Origin: Candidatus Saccharimonadales bacterium
GTDB lineage: Bacteria; Patescibacteriota; Saccharimonadia; Saccharimonadales; JBBQAJ01
DNA length: 64,000 nucleotides
NCBI GenBank assembly: GCA_038316195.1
Contig: JBBQAJ010000004.1
Span: forward strand, 5,199 to 69,198
Reading direction: 5' to 3'
Every line of letters starts with the position of its first letter. The first letter of the stretch is position 1. Shown here one piece after another: positions 54,359 to 63,202 of this stretch. Under the pieces are notes generated by a model that searched no databases, had not been told where the DNA came from, and saw only the letters and a list, made by a program, of their open reading frames with translations. The position numbers were made by a program, and so were the translations under genes.

Positions 54359-54694
54359 ATGAATCCAAGTAATGAATTTGCAGATCTACCGTATCCTTCT
54401 GATTTTGCCGAATCTGAAGCTCATCGTTTATTACTAGATGGAGCAATTCAGACAATTCCACTAGGATTACAAGACGAAATAGCTTCTAGAAGTGGGGGCG
54501 ATTCTGAGTTATGGGAAAGCGTGATGATAAATTGTAGGGGCAACTCTAGACTTGCAGAATTACTACTCGATAAGCATGAAAATATCCAGCGACTTCAGGA
54601 TCCAAAATATACTAAAGACGCAGTTAAATTAGAATTAGATAGAATTGAAGCTCAGATTGGGCATGCATATGAAGTAATTGACAGTAGTGAATAG
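54359..54694 (+). CDS. hypothetical acidic protein
   Basis: 111-aa ORF with a consensus leaderless-type promoter. No motif recognised. Confidence 0.5.
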   Translation: MNPSNEFADLPYPSDFAESEAHRLLLDGAIQTIPLGLQDEIASRSGGDSELWESVMINCRGNSRLAELLLDKHENIQRLQDPKYTKDAVKLELDRIEAQIGHAYEVIDSSE

Positions 54695-54729
54695 AAATAT
54701 GATAAATGTTATAATTTAAAGTGAACAAT

Positions 54730-56922
54730 ATGGCTAAAAAGAAAAAACAATCTAGAAGTAGAAAAAAAGTACAAATTCAAGACAGTACTGAACGGTCAGC
54801 ATTTTGGCCACTAGCTGGCGCTATTCTTATGTTTTTGTTGGCAATTTTTGTATTGCTTGGTGGTTTTAACACTGGTGGACCTCTGCCTCTAGGTTTGTTT
54901 CACGGAGCTTACTGGGCACTTGGGTGGGGTGCATTTTTGGTGCCAGTTGCATTAGTATTTTTTGGTATTTTAAAATTCAACAGTGATAGCCGTCGAATCC
55001 CATTGGCTAAATTGATAAGCATGCTTGCGTTCATTGCTATGAGTGCTAGTTGGCTTCAAGTAGCTTTTGCAAAACAAACCACCACAGCCACAATTTCTGG
55101 TGGGCACGGAGGTGTAGTTGGTAAACTATTTAGTAATATGGCGTTGAACGCACTTGATCAAACGCCAGCAGCAATTATGTTTTTTGTATTTACTACCTTA
55201 TTATTTTTCTTAACGTTTAGTATTTCTCCTAAAATAATAATTTCATTTATAAGATTATTATTGCCCAAAAAATCTGCTGATACTGATTTAGCAGATTTAA
55301 AATACAAGGAACCCACTTTTAAAATGAATGAAGGCGTACCAGTGGAACGACATGGCAATAAGGATCCATCGGTTCGCCTAACCAGCTTTAAAAACACAGC
55401 TCAAAAATTAACTCCTCAAGAAGCTCACAGCGCTCTCATAACTGCGAGTGATCCTGATTGGAAATTCCCTGGAGTTGATCTGCTAAATCAAAAACAAGAC
55501 AAAGCAGACGCAGGTGATGTAGAGGGAAATGCCCAAATTATAAAAGAAACATTGTCTAACTTTAATATGAAAGTAGAAATGGAGGGTGCCAATATTGGTC
55601 CTAGAGTAACTCAGTTTACTCTAAGGCCACCGGCAGGGGCAAAACTAACTAAAATTACTGCCTTGTCAGATAATCTTGCATTAGATTTAGCAGCACAGTC
55701 AATTCGAATCGAAGCTCCAATACCCGGCAAAAGAGCAGTTGGAGTTGAAGTTCCAAACCTTAAATCAGCAACAGTTCGAATAAGCTCAATTTTGCAGTCT
55801 CGGGAATGGCAAGACGCTACAAGTCCTCTAACATTCGTAATTGGAAAAGACATCTCTGGTGCTCCCGTTTTGGGTGATTTGGCCAGAATGCCTCATCTCC
55901 TAGTCGCCGGACAAACGGGTTCTGGTAAATCAGTCATGATTAACGGTATATTGACCAGTCTTTTGTACAGAAACAGTCCAGCAGACTTAAAACTGATTTT
56001 AGTTGATCCAAAGCTTGTGGAACTAAAGCCGTATGACGACATTCCACATTTATTAACACCAGTTATAACTGAGCCAGAGAAATGTATAAGTGCTCTTAAA
56101 TGGACAGTAGCTGAGATGGAACGACGATATAAAGCTCTAAGTGAGGTACATCGAAGAGATATAGCTCAGTACAACAAACTTAAACAAGAAGAAGGTATGC
56201 CTTATATTGTTGTTGTAATTGATGAACTATCGGACTTAATGATGGCTGCTGCAAGAGACGTTGAGTCACTGATAGTTCGAATTGCCCAAAAAGCTCGAGC
56301 GGTTGGTATACACCTTGTGCTGGCTACTCAAAGACCAAGTGTTAATGTTATTACAGGTCTAATAAAAGCTAATGTACCAGCTAGAATTGCATTTACTACA
56401 ACTAGCCAGGTGGATAGTCGTACGATTATTGATCAAGTTGGTGCAGAAAAATTATTGAGTATGGGGGACATGTTGATAACTACGGCTGACAGCCCAAAGC
56501 CACGTCGAGTTCAGGCGGCCTTAATAGAAGACGACGAAGCACTAAAAGTAAACGACTTCATACGTATGCAACGTCCTCCAAACTACGACGACGAAGTTGT
56601 AAGCCAGCCAGTACAGTTGAACGGCAAGGGTGGCATAGTAGCGGACTATGATGGTCAGGATGTTGACGATGATTTATACAAAGATGCAGTTAGCGCTGTA
56701 ATTGATGGCAAAAAAGCAAGTACCTCACTACTTCAACGTAGATTACGTATTGGCTATGGGCGTGCAGCAAGACTGATTGAAACAATGGAAGAGCAAGGAA
56801 TAATAAGTCACGCTGATGGTAATCGACCCAGAGAAGTATTGGTTAATAGTATGGATGATGTTTTTGGTGGTGTTACAGAACTGGAAGATGAAGATTATGA
56901 CGAAAATGAAACTACAGAATAA
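54730..56922 (+). CDS. ftsK: DNA translocase FtsK
   Basis: N-terminal TM segments, a motor domain with Walker A GQTGSGKS and Walker B VVVIDELSDL, and a C-terminal gamma wHTH (LLQRRLRIGYGRAARLIE). ATG 54730 is preferred over GTG 54721. Confidence 0.92.
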   Translation: MAKKKKQSRSRKKVQIQDSTERSAFWPLAGAILMFLLAIFVLLGGFNTGGPLPLGLFHGAYWALGWGAFLVPVALVFFGILKFNSDSRRIPLAKLISMLAFIAMSASWLQVAFAKQTTTATISGGHGGVVGKLFSNMALNALDQTPAAIMFFVFTTLLFFLTFSISPKIIISFIRLLLPKKSADTDLADLKYKEPTFKMNEGVPVERHGNKDPSVRLTSFKNTAQKLTPQEAHSALITASDPDWKFPGVDLLNQKQDKADAGDVEGNAQIIKETLSNFNMKVEMEGANIGPRVTQFTLRPPAGAKLTKITALSDNLALDLAAQSIRIEAPIPGKRAVGVEVPNLKSATVRISSILQSREWQDATSPLTFVIGKDISGAPVLGDLARMPHLLVAGQTGSGKSVMINGILTSLLYRNSPADLKLILVDPKLVELKPYDDIPHLLTPVITEPEKCISALKWTVAEMERRYKALSEVHRRDIAQYNKLKQEEGMPYIVVVIDELSDLMMAAARDVESLIVRIAQKARAVGIHLVLATQRPSVNVITGLIKANVPARIAFTTTSQVDSRTIIDQVGAEKLLSMGDMLITTADSPKPRRVQAALIEDDEALKVNDFIRMQRPPNYDDEVVSQPVQLNGKGGIVADYDGQDVDDDLYKDAVSAVIDGKKASTSLLQRRLRIGYGRAARLIETMEEQGIISHADGNRPREVLVNSMDDVFGGVTELEDEDYDENETTE

Positions 56923-58511
56923 TGAAAAAAAATGCATCACATCCAAGATCGAATCAAAAATTTAGGATCAATAGCCGGCCACTTTTGGGCGCAGTCACAA
57001 TATTGTTCATTACATCCATAAGTTTTATTGGTTACCAAAGTCAAAAAACTTCTCTTGCAGCAACAAATGTATCTGGAAGGGTTACAATTAACGGACTTGG
57101 TGTAAAGGATGTGTATATTGATGGTTGTGCTTTTAATGTTCCAAATTTTGGTGTGGCTGCAATCACAGACGCTAACGGGAACTTTACATTCATAAATCAA
57201 ACTTTCACAAACCAGGGTTACTGTGTAAGGGTTTTTAGTACAAGCAATAATCCTGCAACAAGTACAGCAGTCAAACACAATAACGGTATACTTTCAAAAT
57301 ATAATGGTCCAAGCGTAGTTCAAAATCCTGGAATTTCAAATTCCAGTTATGAATTTCAAATATTTGGAAAGGCATGCTATAAAAACTTGACTGACAGCAT
57401 ATGCCGAGCTGCTTATGAACAAAAATGGGACAAGTCAAGCGACACAAATTTTACATTTGCATATAGCTCACCACCCATTCCGACACCAACTCCCACACCG
57501 ACTCCCACACCAACTCCCACACCGACTCCCACGCCCACACCGACTCCGACTCCGACTCCCACGCCATCTCAAACGCCTAGGACCGGCACTCAATCTTCAA
57601 ATTCAACACCCCGAAATACTAATAATTTTTCAAATTCTTCTGGTGGTGACACTGTTGTTCAGCCTGACTCTACACCACCATCAACACCTACTAACTTTAC
57701 GGCGGTTGCAAATGATAGGGAAAAATCAGTAGATTTGCATTGGGATCCCGCTACCGATAATGTGTCCGTACAGGGATACCAGCTTTCTAGATCAAAAGAT
57801 CAACAAAACTGGGATATTATCTCAGATACTATAAATCAGCCAAATTACCAAGATAGTGGTGTAAGTTTCGGGGACACATTTTACTATCGATTAGAGGCAT
57901 TTGATGCTGCTGGTAACAAGTCAGATTATGCAAATTCACAAGTTGTTACAAGTTATTTTGTTGCAAACGTAAATGTTGATAGTGGAGGTACCATAAATTC
58001 TGAGGATAATAGTATAAGTATTGTCATTCCAACAGGAGCGCTCAGTCAAGATGCTTTTTGTAATATCAATGTACGAACTGATCAACTCCCACCTTCCATA
58101 AGCACATATGATCCAGTCAGTGGTCCGTATGAATTAATTTGCCGGAACGCCACTGGAGAAATACTTAGCAGTTACAGCCAGCCACTTCGACTAATAATAA
58201 ATATTGGAAACCCATTTTTCAATAAGACTGGGAAGCTATATTATTTTGGTCAAAAAGATTCTAGTTGGGAAGCATTAAAAATCCTATCTAAGGACAAAAA
58301 AGCTAAAACATACACAGTTGATCTTGCAAACCACAACGTAATTATGATAATGAAAAAACAGCACAAAACATCTATATTTGTTACTTTACTCAAAATAATT
58401 CTAATTGCTGGTGCAATACTAGCAATAGTATTATATTTTTTACGGAAGCGACTAGTGGGTGGATTAAAAAAACAATACGACGACTATATGAGAAATTCAA
58501 GAGGCTATTAA
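56922..58511 (+). CDS. surface protein: signal anchor, CarboxypepD_reg-like domain, (Pro-Thr)n linker, FN3-like domain, C-terminal TM anchor
   Basis: GRVTINGLGV...ITDANGNFTF, a PT repeat, FN3-like PTNFTAV...VDLHWDPATDNVSVQGYQL...FYYRLEAFDAAGN and a terminal hydrophobic helix plus basic tail. ATG overlaps the ftsK stop by 1 nt. Confidence 0.65.
   Translation: MKKNASHPRSNQKFRINSRPLLGAVTILFITSISFIGYQSQKTSLAATNVSGRVTINGLGVKDVYIDGCAFNVPNFGVAAITDANGNFTFINQTFTNQGYCVRVFSTSNNPATSTAVKHNNGILSKYNGPSVVQNPGISNSSYEFQIFGKACYKNLTDSICRAAYEQKWDKSSDTNFTFAYSSPPIPTPTPTPTPTPTPTPTPTPTPTPTPTPTPSQTPRTGTQSSNSTPRNTNNFSNSSGGDTVVQPDSTPPSTPTNFTAVANDREKSVDLHWDPATDNVSVQGYQLSRSKDQQNWDIISDTINQPNYQDSGVSFGDTFYYRLEAFDAAGNKSDYANSQVVTSYFVANVNVDSGGTINSEDNSISIVIPTGALSQDAFCNINVRTDQLPPSISTYDPVSGPYELICRNATGEILSSYSQPLRLIINIGNPFFNKTGKLYYFGQKDSSWEALKILSKDKKAKTYTVDLANHNVIMIMKKQHKTSIFVTLLKIILIAGAILAIVLYFLRKRLVGGLKKQYDDYMRNSRGY
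57480..57566 (+). repeat. (CCN-ACN)n microsatellite-like coding repeat encoding about 14 Pro-Thr dipeptides
   Basis: An uninterrupted run of ccg/cca/ccc and aca/act/acg codons is visible in the sequence. Confidence 0.9.
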
Positions 58512-58524
58512 GCAGTTATTTCAA

Positions 58525-58553
58525 TTGACTAACAGAGGTGAATGGTGTACTAT
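58525..58553 (+). promoter_or_regulatory. rpsF operon promoter TTGACT-N17-TACTAT
   Basis: TTGACT 58525-58530 and TACTAT 58548-58553, followed by a leader of about 58 nt with AAAGGAG SD. Confidence 0.55.
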
Positions 58554-58618
58554 ATTTTTGATACAAACTCAGCCAACATCCATTGTGTGAGTGTAGGCAA
58601 TAACCAAAGGAGATTCTC

Positions 58619-59011
58619 ATGAATCAATATGAAATAGCGGTGTTATATCACCCGGATCTGGAAGTAGATCTTTCCAAAGCTGAAGAAAAAGTTACAAAAA
58701 TTATTACAAGTAACGGTGGTAAAATTACTGCTACTGACAACTGGGGTAAACGCAAACTAGCATATACAATCAAAAAACAAGAGCATGCAATATATGTTAT
58801 TTATACAGTAGATATGCCTGGTGATGGTGTAAAAAAATTAGAAAGTACTTTGAATATTACAGATGAAGTAATAAGGTATTTGATAACCAGACCAGACCTA
58901 AAGGCTATTGCCAAAGCTGAAGCAACTAAAGCAGAAAAAGTAAAGAAAAACGCCGAACGTGGTGAACACGCAAATGATGACGACGATAATGACGAAAAGG
59001 ATGAGGAATAA
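58619..59011 (+). CDS. rpsF: 30S ribosomal protein S6
   Basis: MNQYEIAVLYHPDL...WGKRKLAYTIKK pattern, with an acidic C-terminal tail. Confidence 0.93.
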   Translation: MNQYEIAVLYHPDLEVDLSKAEEKVTKIITSNGGKITATDNWGKRKLAYTIKKQEHAIYVIYTVDMPGDGVKKLESTLNITDEVIRYLITRPDLKAIAKAEATKAEKVKKNAERGEHANDDDDNDEKDEE

Positions 59012-59013
59012 AA

Positions 59014-59217
59014 ATGGCTAAAATATTTAAGCACCGAACAGATGTAGCATATTTTGATTACAAAGATTTTAAAACTCTACAAAGATATGTAAATGGGTTT
59101 GGTCAGATTGAAACTCGCAAAAAAACAGGACTAAAGGAACACGAACAGCGTCGCTTAGCAATCGCTATTAAACGAGCACGTCATATTGCGTTACTGCCAT
59201 TCGTTGCTTCAAACTAA
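59014..59217 (+). CDS. rpsR: 30S ribosomal protein S18
   Basis: YFDYKDFKTLQRYV...RKKTGL...QRRLAIAIKRARHIALLPF. Confidence 0.93.
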   Translation: MAKIFKHRTDVAYFDYKDFKTLQRYVNGFGQIETRKKTGLKEHEQRRLAIAIKRARHIALLPFVASN

Positions 59218-59298
59218 AACTTGACTTGATAATTCGGGTGGCGTAAAGTAGCAATACAAATAATTAATCGAACACATAGTTGTTCTAAGGAGATTAAG

Positions 59299-59787
59299 AT
59301 GGCTCGAAGTTTTAACCAAGTAATATTAATGGGAAACCTAACTAGGGACCCAGAATTACGTCAAACCCCAAATGGTCAAAATGTGTGCAGTTTTGCTTTA
59401 GCACTGAATCGAAGTTTTAAGGGTAGTGACGGTGAATGGAAAGAAGCAACAGACTATGTAGATATAGTGGCATGGGGACCATTGGGTGAGCGTGTAGCGC
59501 AATATTTATCCAAAGGTCGACCTTGTTTGGTGAATGGTCGTCTGCAATCAAGTAGTTGGGAAAAAGATGGCCAAAAACGAAGTAAAGTAGAAGTAATAGC
59601 AAGTGATGTTACTTTCCTAGGTGGTGCAGGTGGTGAAGGTGGCAGTTCAAGAGATTCTGGTGGTAATACTGAATCCGAAAATTCGTCATCGAGTAATGTA
59701 AAGGCATCAAAAACTTCTAAAAAAGATGATATTGTCATAGAAGATATTGGAGATGAGCCAATTAATTTGGATGATATACCGTTCTAA
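59299..59787 (+). CDS. ssb: single-stranded DNA-binding protein
   Basis: OB fold (NQVILMGNLTRDPELRQTPNG), a Gly-rich linker and an acidic DDIPF tip. Confidence 0.95.
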   Translation: MARSFNQVILMGNLTRDPELRQTPNGQNVCSFALALNRSFKGSDGEWKEATDYVDIVAWGPLGERVAQYLSKGRPCLVNGRLQSSSWEKDGQKRSKVEVIASDVTFLGGAGGEGGSSRDSGGNTESENSSSSNVKASKTSKKDDIVIEDIGDEPINLDDIPF

Positions 59788-59830
59788 ATAGTTAAGAGCT
59801 AACAGCTCAATATTTTGGAGAAATTTTGTA

Positions 59831-60394
59831 ATGGCATTTGGACCGACAGATTTGAAAAAAGGACAGATCTTTCAACTTGAAGGAGTGCCTTACAAAGTTG
59901 TTGAATATGGTCAGAAAGTTGTTGGGCGTGGAGGCTCAATAGTAAATGTCAAAATAAAAAGCTTAATTGATGGGAAGGTTTTAGACAAAACATTCAAAGG
60001 AAATGACTCAATAGAGCCAGCTGATGTTACGAATAAGAATGTTCAATTTCTATACAAAGACAGCAAAACCTATTATTTTATGGACGATGTTTCATATGAG
60101 CAGTTTGAACTTCCAACTATTCTGTTCCCTGAATTGTCATGGTATATGAAAGAAGGTGACAAAGTGCAGGCACAACTATTTGAAGGACGAGTGATAAACA
60201 TTGAATTACCCAAAAATGTTCCATTAAAAATTATCTATACTGAAGATGCTGTAAAAGGAGACACAAGTTCATCGATTACCAAAGATGCTAATGTAGAAAC
60301 TGGTATTAATGTCAGAGTGCCAGCATTTGTAAAAACTGGAGATGTTATCTCGGTAGATACATCAAATGGAGCTTACAGAGAGCGAATTAGATAG
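59831..60394 (+). CDS. efp: elongation factor P
   Basis: 187 aa and alignable to EF-P throughout. The loop reads VVGRGGS where E. coli has KPGKGQA. Confidence 0.93.
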   Translation: MAFGPTDLKKGQIFQLEGVPYKVVEYGQKVVGRGGSIVNVKIKSLIDGKVLDKTFKGNDSIEPADVTNKNVQFLYKDSKTYYFMDDVSYEQFELPTILFPELSWYMKEGDKVQAQLFEGRVINIELPKNVPLKIIYTEDAVKGDTSSSITKDANVETGINVRVPAFVKTGDVISVDTSNGAYRERIR

Positions 60395-60399
60395 GTATC

Positions 60400-61116
60400 A
60401 TGAAAAATCGACTTGATAAAGAGCTGCTTAAGCGAGGGCTAGCTGGTTCTCGTTCTCAAGCAGAAGACATAATTCGACGGGGGTTTGTAAATGTGAATGG
60501 TATTTCAGTTACAAAAGCTGGATATTTGGTGAGTGATACGACAAATATTGACGTTAAAACAAGAGTGAGTTTTGTTTCAAGAGCCGGCGAAAAGCTAAAT
60601 TCAGTATTGGAATCGTTTCATTTAGACTTTCAAGAAAAAACGGTGTTGGATGTAGGATCATCTACAGGTGGATTTACAGAACTCGCACTACGAAATGGGG
60701 CAAAAAAAGTCATTGCCGTTGACGTGGGAACTGAGCAAATGCACAGCAGTTTGCTTGGTGACATTAGAGTTGAGTTACACGAAAAAACTGACATTCGTGA
60801 CTTTAAGCCTCACCAAAAAATAGATATTGTGGTTGCAGACGTTTCATTTATAAGTCTACGTAAAATATTGCCTCACATATTTGAACTCGCTTCGAAGGAT
60901 ACTCATATTGTTGCCATGGTAAAACCACAATTTGAAGCAGGCCCGGAAGTTAAACACAAAGGTGTGATTAAAAACGACTCTATACGTCGTAAAATATTTA
61001 AAGAATTTGAAATTTGGACTCAGAAATATTTTGTAATTGTAAATAAGGCAGACTCTGGAGTGAGTGGTGCAAAGGGCAATTTGGAACGATTTTATTTACT
61101 TAAGAAATTAGCCTAG
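60400..61116 (+). CDS. tlyA: TlyA-family rRNA 2'-O-methyltransferase
   Basis: S4 domain N-terminus (RLDKELLKRGLAGSRSQAEDIIRRG) and an FtsJ-like SAM motif (VLDVGSSTGGFTE). Confidence 0.88.
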   Translation: MKNRLDKELLKRGLAGSRSQAEDIIRRGFVNVNGISVTKAGYLVSDTTNIDVKTRVSFVSRAGEKLNSVLESFHLDFQEKTVLDVGSSTGGFTELALRNGAKKVIAVDVGTEQMHSSLLGDIRVELHEKTDIRDFKPHQKIDIVVADVSFISLRKILPHIFELASKDTHIVAMVKPQFEAGPEVKHKGVIKNDSIRRKIFKEFEIWTQKYFVIVNKADSGVSGAKGNLERFYLLKKLA

Positions 61117-61760
61117 AGATACGCCTTTAGCTTAGTCTTATCTAAAATCGTAATATATTGAGAAGAATTTTTAATCAAACCTTTTTTTTCTAAACCTGAT
61201 AACTCACGACTTGTGGTTTCACGAGATGCGTTAATAGAACTGGCAATGTCCTGTTGGCGCAAGGGAACGTCAAGCAACAAGCCTTCATTAGTTTCTTTTC
61301 CAAAACGTCGTGACATGGTTAGCATAAAAGATATTAATCTTTCGCGAACTGTTCGATATTCTAAATTTATTATTCGTTCACTATGCAAGCGATACATTTC
61401 TACGCTCATTGCTAATAATGCTGACATTGAGTCAGGGTTTGAGTCAATTAATTTCAGATATTCTTCTCGTGATAATCGCCATAAAGTGGTTGGTACCATG
61501 GTTTGATATATTATTTTTCTTTCAGAGCCGGTAATTGCCCATATAAGTGGAAATATTTCATGTTTTTTACGTATTATAAGAAGATTTTCTTCACCGTATT
61601 TAGTAATTTTGTATGCTTTTATTAGTCCAGATTCTATAAAAAAAACGCCCGATGGGGCGTCTCCTGGGCGAATGATAAATTCTCCTTTGTCATATATAAA
61701 TTTTTTACCACGTCCAAATATGGTAACCCACGCTTCTGTATATGCGTCGTTTGCCAACAT
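61113..61760 (-). CDS. Crp/Fnr-family transcriptional regulator
   Basis: cNMP-binding beta-barrel (GDAPSGVFFIESGLIK) and a C-terminal HTH (QQDIASSINASRETTSRELSGLEKKGLI). Its 3' end overlaps tlyA by 4 nt, convergently. Confidence 0.85.
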   Translation of the reverse strand: MLANDAYTEAWVTIFGRGKKFIYDKGEFIIRPGDAPSGVFFIESGLIKAYKITKYGEENLLIIRKKHEIFPLIWAITGSERKIIYQTMVPTTLWRLSREEYLKLIDSNPDSMSALLAMSVEMYRLHSERIINLEYRTVRERLISFMLTMSRRFGKETNEGLLLDVPLRQQDIASSINASRETTSRELSGLEKKGLIKNSSQYITILDKTKLKAYL

Positions 61761-61823
61761 GAGTTAATTATGACACAAATTTATAAATATTGACAGTCAG
61801 CCAGATTTTTTCAAAAATACATT

Positions 61824-61839
61824 TGTGACAAAAATCGCA
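61824..61839. promoter_or_regulatory. Crp-like half-palindrome TGTGA-N6-TCGCA
   Basis: Lies in the divergent region between the Crp-family gene and the PH-domain gene, with one mismatch to TGTGA-N6-TCACA. Confidence 0.3.
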
Positions 61840-61911
61840 TTTGTTAGGTGATGAATCGTACCGACAGATTTTTAAATTTCAGATATGCTAGATTCGTAGG
61901 AAGGAGGAGTA

Positions 61912-62463
61912 ATGGTAGATGCAGACAAAGTTAGCAGACAGCTAAAAAAATTAGGTGTAAAGTTCCAGTTTTGGTGCAGACCAGAGATTAACGAATTGCC
62001 TAAAATTCTTTTTGAAGATGAGCAGTTAGAGCATGTTCTAATTGGTCATTATGAGGGCGGTTTTGCTCTTATATGCGCAACTGACAAAAGAGTTCTACTG
62101 GTAGATAAAAAGCCCTTCTATTTAACTATAGAAGATGTTCGTTATGATATGATTTCGGACGTGCAGTATAATCACAGACTTTTAAATTCTACTGTTCGGC
62201 TGGGAACTGTACATAAAACTATATCTTTTACAGGTTATAACCATGTCAAAATGCGAAGTTTTACGAGTTACATTCAGGAGTTGGTGATGGTTTATAGACA
62301 GCAACAAAACTCTCCTACCCAACCAATTAAGCCATTTAACAACTTGGTTAACACACCTTTAGAAAATTCTTTGAATTCGGCAATCAATATACCTAGTCGA
62401 AAAGTTATGAATCCATACAATATGCCAGTAGTCATCAGGCGTCGAGTTTCTAGGTTCTACTAG
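61912..62463 (+). CDS. bacterial PH-domain (YokE/bPH-like) protein
   Basis: ELPKILFEDEQLEHVLIGHYEGGFALICATDKRVLLVDKKP...TIEDVRYDMISDVQY pattern. AGGAGGAG SD upstream. Confidence 0.55.
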   Translation: MVDADKVSRQLKKLGVKFQFWCRPEINELPKILFEDEQLEHVLIGHYEGGFALICATDKRVLLVDKKPFYLTIEDVRYDMISDVQYNHRLLNSTVRLGTVHKTISFTGYNHVKMRSFTSYIQELVMVYRQQQNSPTQPIKPFNNLVNTPLENSLNSAINIPSRKVMNPYNMPVVIRRRVSRFY

Positions 62464-62521
62464 ATAAGACATTCACTTAATTAATACTCATTGTTCATAA
62501 AAAATCCTATATACTAAGTAT

Positions 62522-63193
62522 ATGTATTTTAGGAATCGCGCTGAAGCTGGCAGACGGCTAGCTCTTAGGTTGCGCAATTATAAAGATGACCAGTGTACGG
62601 TTGTGGCACTAAATAGTGGTGGAGTTTTGGTTGGAGCTCAAATAGCAATGAAATTACACACAAACCTTATGGTTCTAATGAGTGATGATATTATTTTGCC
62701 TGGCGAGACTGAGCCATTAGCTTCTATGACAACCAACACAGTAACGTATAACAGTAAGTATTCTCAAGGTGAAATAGATGAATTTGTAAGTGAATATCAT
62801 GGATTGATTGAGGACCAGAGGGTACAAAAATACCACAAGCTTAATAAACTATTGAGTGATGGAGGAGAAATTAATCCAGACTTGTTACGTAATCATGTAG
62901 TAATTCTGGTGTCTGACGCATTTCAGACTGGAATATCACTTTCAGTTGCTGCTGATTATTTAAAATCTACAAAAATTAAAAAAATTGTTGTTGTTGCGCC
63001 AATTGCTAGTGTAAATGCTTTAGATAAAATGCATTTAGTCGGTGACGATGTATATTGTTTGGGTGTTACAGAAAATCTAATGGAAAGTAATCATTATTAC
63101 GAAGATAACACTGTTCCAGAGCATAACGAAGCATTTAAGATTATTCGAAATATTAGCTTGAACTGGGATATCAGTACAGCAAGAGTTAGGTAA
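62522..63193 (+). CDS. phosphoribosyltransferase-family protein (COG1926-like)
   Basis: MYFRNRAEAGRRLALRLRNYK...VVALNSGGVLVGAQIA and a PRPP-loop-like VILVSDAFQTGIS. Confidence 0.7.
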   Translation: MYFRNRAEAGRRLALRLRNYKDDQCTVVALNSGGVLVGAQIAMKLHTNLMVLMSDDIILPGETEPLASMTTNTVTYNSKYSQGEIDEFVSEYHGLIEDQRVQKYHKLNKLLSDGGEINPDLLRNHVVILVSDAFQTGISLSVAADYLKSTKIKKIVVVAPIASVNALDKMHLVGDDVYCLGVTENLMESNHYYEDNTVPEHNEAFKIIRNISLNWDISTARVR

Positions 63194-63202
63194 TTTTTAT
63201 TT

